From Octopus sinensis (taxonomy: Eukaryota), in NCBI RefSeq assembly GCF_006345805.1, contig NC_042998.1:98394001-98458000 (forward strand): a stretch of 64,000 nt of DNA. The letters are read 5' to 3'. Shown piece by piece: positions 54,166 through 64,000 of this stretch (within the stretch, counting starts at the first letter, position 1; every line of letters starts with the position of its first letter). Below the pieces are notes generated by a model. That model was given only the letters and a program-made list of their open reading frames with translations. It did not search any database and was not told where the DNA came from. Made by a program: the position numbers and the translations under genes.

Positions 54166-54365
54166 CTTGACAGCTTTGTCTCGTGATATGTTACCACTAA
54201 ATACCTCCTTATCAGTTGTCAGGTAAGCATACACAGTATCCACAGCAGAGCAGCCTGTGAAACAGCTGTTGTAGTACTTCATAATATGGCGTCGCCGTTT
54301 CACTTCAACGTTTTCTTTTAAATATGCCACAATAGAATTCCATATTTGAGTGGCTCTGAACGGAG
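54166..54365 (-). CDS. DEPDC7: DEP domain-containing protein 7-like, first identifiable coding exon (PFRATQIWNSIVAYLKENVEVKRRRHIMKYYNSCFTGCSAVD...SRDKAVK)
   Basis: TTTCAG acceptor and AAG|GTAAG donor on the minus strand. N-terminal half of the DEP domain, resembling recalled human DEPDC7 [25 protein letters not shown]...CFVGSEAVD. Starts in phase 1, so an upstream exon is required. Confidence 0.85.
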
Positions 54366-56867
54366 CTGAAATTTAAAAAACAAAAGAAAAAATAGTGGAA
54401 GCAATATATAGAAAATAACTACAAGTTAATTCAGTATAATAACAATAGCTTTGAAAATATACTCGACATTAGATGATTAATCTTTTTGAAAATCTGTTTA
54501 AAATCATTTTCTACATTTTGTAGGAGATGAGCAGTTTTACAAACTTTTACATCTATGAAGTAAGGTTTCTTATTACAGTGAATTCTTTTTATAAGTTGAG
54601 CCACTTAACCGTGAGTGATACAGAAAGAATTCTTAGTTCTGTTAGGTTGAAAAAGGTCAGTAAATAAATTATATACTGTAATGTTAAAGGTCAGGTATGA
54701 GTGACCAATTCAGCCATTTTATTTACTACTGAGTGCTCTATTTAGTGAATTCATCTATTATTAGAAGACAGAAGTTGAGAATCTAAAATGTCAAACTAAA
54801 CAAGTTTCATAGTCTTAAAAAATTATGGCTTGCAGGTATATCTATATAAAAAATTAAATCATACATCCATTTTTCCATGCTAATAAGGGTTAGACAAATG
54901 TATTATTAAAGCAATGTTTTACAGTTTGATGCCATTCTGGTTGCTAAGACTTATCTGTTTTTAAAGTAATGGATCTCTTTTCCTATGCAACTTCAAATGT
55001 GCAAGTCCAGTGGATGATTTGCTGGGAGAAGTAACATCACTTGTAGTGAGCAAATTTTGTAAACTTCCAAATGTAAACAGATACACACATGTGCAACAGC
55101 CTTCTTTCAGTTTCTGTCTACCAAATCCACTCACAAAATTTTGGGTAACCTGGGGCTATAGAAGAAGACACTACTGAAGGTGCTGCTCAGTGGGATTGAA
55201 CCCAGAACCATGTGGTTGGAAAGTGAACTTTTTTAATTTGTTAGAGAAATGTCATTAGGAAAAGCAAGAAATATCAAAATAAAACTCAAGCAACTATCAG
55301 CTCTTTCATTCCCATACTAAATCTGATTGGTAGAGTGCCAAGTATGATAAAATAGTATTGAAAATCTAACAGACAAGTAATAAATTTAACAAGTTTTGTC
55401 TTCTTTTTAATTTCTTTTGTTTGTTCATGTGTATACAAGATTTTTACAACCTGGTGGAAACATGTAACAACAAGTTCATTTTTATATAATTACAAGTAAT
55501 ATTCAAGTTGAAACTTAAGTGGTTAGAGTTCAAGACTACTAGCTCATAAGAATTTAAGGAAACTAGGTGATCTGTGTCAGTAAGAATTAACACAGTAAAA
55601 ACAGAACTCTGGTATGTTAGGTTCTCACCAAAACATCACCCTTAGTTGTCATAAATATTCATTTAACTCTTCCATCCATCTCCTCGGATTATTAGCATAT
55701 TGAAAAAATGAGAATGCAAATATTGACTCAAAATGAGATATTTTCTTTTATAGCAACCTCATTTTTTGCAGTTGAGAAAATATATCCCACATACTTTAAA
55801 TAACAAACATGAATCTGATGTGGGTATGTGTGTGCCTGTATGTATGTGTGTGTGCATGCCCGTGTGTGTGTGTGCGTGTGTGCCCGTATGTGTGTGTGTG
55901 CGCAACCATGTGTATACACATACCAATGATCATTTAATGATTGTATATAAAGTTAATATTTATCGCCACATAAAAGTGGATATTGTATTAGACCACAGAA
56001 TACTGTGACAGTTAACATGAGAGAACCTCTCATGGTTTTGTGGTACACATAAGCACCTGCTTTCAAGTGCTTGTGTTCTAACACAGCATTCACTTTTAAG
56101 TAAAGATAAATATTACCTTTTGGTATTAATATTGCTTCTGTTGCCACTACTACTAATTATTTTATATATAACTCCTTCTGATAGAAATGCTAACATTTTC
56201 AACTCCTCATAACATTCCAACTTATCCAAGTATAAGAGTTCTACTTGCTTTAGTATGCCTAGATAGAGATTAGCTATCAGGTCATCCTGATATGGTTACC
56301 TGCAATATTTTAGTGTTATATTCAGAGAAAGAAGTCTCTTATATGCTTTATGTCATAATATCCTAGCATAAGGACTAAGAACTACAAGACCCAATTACTC
56401 AAGGCATGGTTAACTTAAAATGAATTAAAGTGCTATATAAGTGATCATACATCTTCAAAGCAAAAAATGAAGGTCAATGTTAAACACAGATGCCCTTGCT
56501 TAATATATTTGATCAGAGGCACAATAATTAGAAGCTAAGCTGTTACATCACTGATCACATGGAAAGTAGTTCAAACCTTACTGCACAACAATAAACAGGT
56601 CCTTCTACTTCATATTTCAGAGGTTAAACATAGAAAGGACATTTAGTTTTTAAAACAATTGTTCTAACAATAACCACCACCACCTATGCTAACCTGGAAA
56701 AAAGCAAAACACAAATCATGTAATACAGCAACATAGAATTTAATATCAAAATAGTATTTTTTCACTTGTGTTCATTCCCTGATTTCAATCAAAGGACTGG
56801 TTTAATCAGACATGTTGACACCAGTGGTAATTTCAGTCTGTATATGTTTCAAGCTTATATAAAAGGG

Positions 56868-57020
56868 TGCAGGCATGGCTGTGTGGTTAGGAGGCATGCT
56901 TCTCAACCATGTGGTCTCAGGTTCAGTCCCACAATGTAGCACCTTGGGCAAGTGTCTTCTACTTTAGCTTCAGGCTGACCAAAGCCTTGAGAATGGATTT
57001 AGTGGACAGAAACTGAAAGG
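56868..57020 (+). mobile_element. Family B SINE 5' half
   Basis: GGCTGTGTGGTTAGG...GGTTCAGTCCCAC...GGCAAGTGTCTTCTAC. Similar partial copies lie at about 25270, 30090, 55095 and 63040. Confidence 0.7.
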
Positions 57021-58859
57021 AATGTGTGTGTGTGTGCGTGCACACACACACACTTGTCTTATCATGTGATGGTTGTATATGAACACCTCTATCAGATGAG
57101 TGATGATGCTCCTTTCCTGTCTTCTGTGAAAATCATTACCTTGCATGGAAATAGATATGAGTTGGTGACAGGAAGGGCATGTGGCCATAGAAAATTTGCC
57201 TCAAACTGCATGCAAGCATGGAAAAGTGGGCATTATAGTGAAGACAAAAAGGTGAAAAGGAAAATTAAAAAGAAAATTAGACAAGATCTGAACCAACAAG
57301 TAAACAAAAAAAATGCTCTAACATTGACTTTAGCTGTGATAACAAAAATAAAACTAGAGAATATATCATAACTTATGACATTAACTAAAGCCACAAATAT
57401 GATGGTCAAGAAGAAGCTTGAAAACTCAATGAGTTTCTTTGATCATGTAATGTTGAAGCTTTGTGAACCAACAAAAGTTCTATGCCAGAAGTTTTCAAAG
57501 TTGACAGAGATATCTTGATGTTGATAGGAAGTGCAAGTGGTCAAAAAATGGTTAAGAGTAAAGGAGGATGTTGTTAGTAGGTCTACAAAGAATAGGTGTC
57601 AAAGTAGTTTAATTACATAAAAATTTAAATAGTCAGTTATACATAAAGTAAAGCAAAGGTGATCAAGTTTCTAGTTTTGAAATCAAAGCGCCACCTGGGA
57701 AATGCAGCAACGTTTTAAGAGGTCCCGCAGCAATATTCAGTGATTAAAGTAATTTTATACTCTTTTCTCTTTTTACTAGCATAGACTCTACATGACCTAA
57801 ATCTATTAAGTAGTGTTTTTAATTTTGAAAGAAAAATTACAATTAGCACATTAGTGCTGATAGGAAAGATACATAATTATATAACCTAATGATCTACTTT
57901 TACTCTACCAATCAGTAACTCATTACAACACAAGTTCTACAGATAACTGACAACTGGCTTAAAATTAGAAACATTTATTTAAAATGTTCTAAAGAGAACA
58001 ATCGTTTTTACTCTAAAAATTCAAATACTATTCATTCACAGACAGACAGACAAGGTGTACTACTCAGTGCTGTCTGGTGTTGTTAATAAAGTAAAAATTA
58101 TAAAATACTCTGCACATATGTAGAAGTGAGTAGTCCAACCCATAAAATATAGAGGCTGGGAATTGCACAAAGCAGTAACTCCAATTGTGGATGAATATTT
58201 TATCTGTTTATGTTTGTTGATCTCAGCTGTGTTGAGCTAACCTATGTGATTTCATTTTCCTCTCAAAGTTCTTGGAATTTTATATTTTCTTATCATTGGG
58301 TACACCGAGCCTGACAAAGTATTATTTTAAAAAAAATAAATTGTAAATTAACTAGTTTTATCTGTGAGTTCCCAGTTTACAATCCTATAATAGTCTTGAT
58401 TTAGATATTGTTAAACTAGAAATTTGTGAAAGCTATTTTAAGGCAAAAAATGGAAACATTACCAAAAGATTAAATTTATTGGGAAATTATGAAGCTTAGT
58501 GGAATGAAATTCAAAAGTAAATTTTATAATATTAATCTTCAGTTTTTTTTTTGTGCAATAAAGTACAAGCTGCCATCATTTCGAACAATATCAAATGATA
58601 TATATTTAACATTGTTAGAAAATAATACATTTAAAAAAAAAATATACCCTTTATTTGTTAATATCACCAATATCACTCATTTCAAACCACAGTATAATAA
58701 ATTATCTCTTTCTGATATCTAACAATGGGTGTTAACATTTGAAATGTTTGGATATCATATTTTATTGCTAACAAAAATAGGTTAAAAATTGTGAATGCTA
58801 TACAAAATTTTTATTACCTAAAATACATTAACTGTGGTAATAAGATTTTATGAACATAT

Positions 58860-59610
58860 ATCACCTTGACCGACCAGTCCATCAGGCGTCCATTTGACAC
58901 CGCTGGTCATAGCACGCTGTCCACTCCTCTCTGGATCGCGCCTTTCTCATCCCCGTGATCCCAATTGTCCTCCTGAAATCGTAACTCCACTGTTGTGGAG
59001 GCCTTCCGGGTGGTCGTTTTCGCCCACGCGGGTACCACTCGACAACTGCGCGGGTCCACCAATTATCGTTGAGCCGGGCGACGTGTCCAGCCCATCTAAA
59101 CTTGCTGTGTGTATACTCTGCAATGACATCCCTCATGCCAGACTTCCTTCTGATGATCTTGCTACTGATGTGCTCTCTCAACGAGATACCAAGCATTGAC
59201 CTGTCCATGGCTCTTGGAGCCGTTACCAGTCCCTGCTCTTCTCTCTTTGTTGTAGCCCATGTTTCACTACCATATAGCATTGCAGGTAGAACTGTACTGT
59301 TGATGAGGTTGGCACGGGTGGTCCTGTCCAACCTTCCCTTGAGCACATCCCTTATGCCATTAATCCATCTGGCCCTTACTCTCCATTTTTCCCTGGCACC
59401 TTTCCGTTTTCCATCAAGCTGATGGCTCTTTCAACCTCACTGACAAGGATAGGTGGCACATTTTCTTCCTGTTGGAGTGGTGGTAATGGCTGGACATTTC
59501 TGGTAGACTTAAAGAGCTTGGTGTAGAAGTCTTTGCAAACTTTTTCCATCTCGCTGTTATCGTTGACCGGTATTCCATCTGTATTCTTCAGGGCTGTCAC
59601 CTCCGATCTA
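58860..59610 (-). mobile_element. RTE-clade LINE fragment, internally deleted
   Basis: ORFs give PPILVSEVERAISLMENGKVPGKNG followed by VLPAMLYGSETW...FRWAGHVARL...WYPRGRKRPPGRPPQQW, typical of RTE ORF2. Confidence 0.9.
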
Positions 59611-62028
59611 TGATGAGGCCTACAGATTCAGTTGCTTTACTTAAGTTATTGGCCCAATTTCTCTCAAATATCAGTTTTGAAGTCTCAAAGGAAGACCAGT
59701 ATAATCTCAGATATAATGTATTTGAGAAGCTGGATTGCTTTTTGACAATAGGAACTTATTGCTTAGAGTTGACTGATGCTAAGTAACAAAAATGCTGGTA
59801 ATTTGAAGAGATATAGAAATATGGGTACTAGTTTAAGGTGTTGAACCAATGGTAGTAAGGTTATCTTTATTATAACCGCTACATTGAGACACTGCTGAAA
59901 GTAGATTAATTGTCCCTATGTGTTTCACACCTAAACCTTGTGGTTGAGCATTTAATGATAGGAAAGGTATCTACTGTAAAATAATGAAAATTTGCTTCAA
60001 TAGAAGTCAACTCACTCATTAAGCTGTGAAGTGAAAGTGAAATAGCCAAAATAAATAAGATGTGGCTAATTAAGTATAATACAAGCAGGAAAATTAGACA
60101 ATCATTGGAACAATGTATTAATCCTTTGACATTTAGATTTTTCTGTCAAATATAAAGCTTTTTTTATTCACATTGTTTCGAATTAATCAATTCATTATTG
60201 CATGGCTTCAACATTTTGATGATGTGATTGTTGATTTAAAAAAAAACAATTGTAGGGTAGGAGTGAGAGGTCAGATCTGGCCTGTTTGCGCATAAAACAG
60301 GTAGAATATTTGGGCTGGATCTGGCCGGTTTCAATAGCAATTTTTGATTTCTTTAATGTATCATTAGAGAGAAAGGAAAAGAAGAAAGGCTGGTGGACTG
60401 GGGAAGGGAAACGGAATCATAACTCCTGGATTACTGCCTATGACTTTATTTGCACAAGAGAGAACTGGCTTAAATACTTGCAGCACAGCAAACAACTCTA
60501 AAAGCGCCCAAAGGATAGGTAATAGTGTTTAACTAGGAAAAGGATTAGATGTTACAACAATATTTCTGGTTAGGCCTTATGTTTTTGCTATCAAGCCACA
60601 CAAGTAGAGTAAGGTATTGTTCTGACACTTCTAACAGTATCTACATGATTAATGTAAAATGATAACCCCCAAATAGCTGAATCTGCAGAGTATTTGACAA
60701 CTAGTGTAGTTGATGATTGCATTTACTTACTGGCATTGCACTGTTTCAGTGACTAAGACAAATATCCCAGTCCACCTAACTATGAGTAGGTGTCAACAAA
60801 CAATACAGCCCTTCTTTCAGTCATATCATCAACACTTTGAAAGTATTCAGATATGAAGTGAGTGTTTAGAAATGGAACTAGATATCCTGTATAAGACAGT
60901 TCTTCAGAGGCATGGGAATGAATATTGGCATGTTATAATTGAAAACTAAAGCATCTACTAGTGATTACAAATGTTAGCATTGGATCATGAAGATGATGTA
61001 TGTGTAATTAAGGAAAATGTCCATATATGATAAAGTAGTATATTCTCTATAAAGTGCTGAGAACATGACAACTTCTCTAGTGCTGGTGCAATGATAAAAT
61101 GTACCCAGTCCAGCCTGTAAGGAGGCTGGTAACATGAAGGGGATCCATCTGTAGAAAGCCAAAAATGATATCTGCAAGTGAAATATGGTTATTTGACCCT
61201 TTAAGAATAAATTTTGCTAATGACTGATACAGACCATTATGAACCATTCAACCCACACTAGCATAGCAAACAGTAAAACAATGGTTATATATATAAACTA
61301 TGATTGGAAGGGGGCTTGTGTGTTCTTTGGGTAAGATGTCTGGTCTGAGGATAACTTCCTCCCTTCTTCGAGCCAATCTCAGAAGCCTTGAAAAGAGATA
61401 TGGCCACTTTCCTTCTGCCTCTTTTTAAACAATTTCAGTAATTTAAAATTTAAAAAAAGCATCTTTTACAGAAAAGTAATACAAATTTTTCTATATAAAT
61501 GGCATATTGGTTATTAGATATTTGCTATACTTATACTTTTCTTCCTTCTGACATTGCAAATATGTTGATAGTTAATACAATTAACACATTTGTATATCAC
61601 AATGATACAAAATGTATTTGGAATGCTTTCAAATTGAAGTTCTTGAATTTTAGACATCAGTTCATATTCTGGGTAGATTAAGCAATCTGAAAAAACATCC
61701 ACTCTGTATTTCCATGAAACTTTATTTACTAAAATGTCAGTTAGACAATTGACAAGTTGAAGAGAAATACTTGGTTCTATTCATGTACATGTTTCTTAGT
61801 GTTAGTTTATACACCTTACATTAAGTGACTCACCTTAAACATGCTTTTCCTACAAAGAAGCTCTACACTGACATTACAGGAATCTACTTGATGTATATTG
61901 TACACATGTATACCATGATTGACAACATACATATTCCCCTTGTGTCAACCCCATGAGAGATGACCTGCATGTGTTTCATTAGTAAAACAGATGGCTGACA
62001 CTGGGTCAGACAACATAGCTACATATAT

Positions 62029-62081
<53 letters not shown>

Positions 62082-63655
62082 GTCAGTCAACCCATATACA
62101 TTTTCCCTGATATAAATGGACCACAGTATGAAGTTTCAGTGAAACAAATTACAAAGCAATAAAAGTAAAATATTCCAGTTGCTGAAGAAAGAAAATTTTT
62201 TGAACTGCTTACTTTTTAATAACAGAAAAGTAGTTGTGAGATTAGGTTATGAAGTATAGGATAGATCATGAGTGCAAAGCCAGCTATTGTACTGTGTCTC
62301 TAAAAGAAGGATGTACCTGCTTTATTTATTTTGCTCCAAGTTAACAGAAAGATCAATACAAAGCATTTCAAAAAAAAAGAAAATCTCCAAACTACTTAGT
62401 CAGACACAAATAATAGGCACAAAACATAACTCTGGTTTTAATTGTTATAATAAAAGTGACTTAGAACATGTTTTATAGTATTTTGCTTGTTTGATGTCTT
62501 TCTGTTTCTATGTTCAAGACATATCAGGGTTGACTTAGCCATTCATCGCTTTTGGTTTGAAAAAGTAAATATCACTGAACTAGTTAGACTATAATTCTGT
62601 TTAAATACCAAAATTCCTAAGGAAAATTATTGCAAAATCAACTTTAATTCTCCAAGCAGGCATATCTATATGGTTAAGAAGTAATCATGGGATTCTAAGC
62701 TCAATCTCTCTGCAATGTACTTTGGGCAAATATCTTTATACAAAAAACTTAAATCAACTAAAGTCTTGTGAGGAAAATTTGATACAGGAACTGCAGATGC
62801 CTGCCAGATCATCAGCATCATTTAACATCTACTTTTTCACACAGGACAGACGAAATTTGTTGAAGCAGATTTTCTATGACCAGATCCCTTCAGGTCACCA
62901 ACTCTCACCTGTTCCCAAGCAAGATAATATTTTCACCTAGCTAGATAGGTTTTACATGGAAGACTGGAAACACCCTAACTAGGATGATAGTGATAATTTA
63001 CAACCATCACATGTCTAGATACTTACATATGCACACACACAAGCTTCTTCCAGTTTTCATTTACCAAAACTACTCATAAAATTTTGGTTGATCTGGGGCT
63101 ATAGCAAAGGACATATGCTCAAGGTACCACATAGTGGGACTGAACCTATAACTACATGGTTGGAAAGCAAGCTTTTTACCACAGCTACTCCTGCAAAACA
63201 TACGCAAGTATATCTGTGGGAAGCCAAAAATTCAGTACATCAAACAAAAAGTAATTTGTGGTAATTCAATGCCTCAGTTTCTTCCCAATTTTGCCTTTTG
63301 TTCTACTCTAATAAAATAAATACTAGCAATGTACTGAATATAATTGGCTAAAACCCAGCATGGGTGCAATCCAATGATTGAAACACAAAAAAGAAAGAAA
63401 AAATATTAATTCCATTTTTTAATGTTTTGGTGTACTTTAATCTAGTTTGATTTGTTCAATCAATCATCTTTAGGTGTTTGATTTTTTTCTTATATATTTT
63501 TTATCTAGGATGGGTTAGAACAAGTAATTATATCAAATACATATTTACAATACTTTTATTAACTATCAAGTTCCTATGTTGTAGTAAACATAAAATAACA
63601 TAGGTGTAACCATTAAAATGTATAGTTGCAATCCACTTTAGACACTCATATAAAG

Positions 63656-63860
63656 CAGTGGTTTCCAAAGTGGGCGATATTTCCCACTCCCTGGGGGCAG
63701 TGGAAATATCCAGGGAGGTGTTGAAGAAAAGTGGGATGATAATGGGGTGATAGATGTAAAAAAAAAAAAAAAGGTTTATGTTTTAATTGTGAAAAACAGT
63801 TGTTTTGAATTTGCTGCAGAAGGTGGTCTATATTTGTGGTGTGGAGGTTGAGAACCACTG
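63656..63860. mobile_element. hAT (Charlie/Buster-type) MITE, 205 bp
   Basis: Ends CAGTGGTTTCCAA / TTGAGAACCACTG; perfect 8-bp TSD ATATAAAG on both sides with central TA. Confidence 0.9.
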
Positions 63861-64000
63861 ATATAAAGGATCAGCTGAACTTCTTAATGATTACTATTGG
63901 TAATCATAAAGTGGTTATCTCATCTGTACTGTGGGCATGTTGTTCACATCCATATATAAAGATTTTTGTACCTTGCTCTACTTGTGTGGATTGATAGCAA

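Noticed and set aside
58894-59422. Plus-strand ORFs of 101 and 117 aa
   Set aside because: Antisense shadows of the RTE ORF2 fragment.

Overview
AT-rich, repeat-dense eukaryotic DNA. The SINE/RTE repeats and (TA)n/(CA)n/(CAT)n microsatellites suggest a cephalopod such as Octopus (inference). The window holds two convergent, spliced protein-coding genes that I reconstructed by hand from GT-AG sites and reading-frame phase. One is a complete 4-exon RIIAD1-like gene (+, 21507-32504, 113 aa). The other is a 5'-incomplete DEPDC7-like gene (-, 6 exons, 54365 to 40776). Two identical tRNA-Ser(AGA) genes sit head-to-head just upstream of RIIAD1. The rest is mostly tRNA-derived SINEs, RTE-LINE fragments, a mariner remnant, hAT elements with intact 8-bp TSDs, foldback MITE-like elements and microsatellites. 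The most interesting signal is a near-identical ~473-bp tandem array (about 2.8 visible units, next to a 100-N gap) inside RIIAD1 intron 1. Each unit carries a type I hammerhead ribozyme fold in the sense orientation, which is the architecture of a retrozyme or Penelope-like element. Three further, unrelated hammerhead-like motifs lie at about 13.6, 18.1 and 22.3 kb. Most short ORFs in the supplied track are non-coding artefacts. Repeat boundaries were set by eye and are approximate unless a TSD or splice site is quoted.
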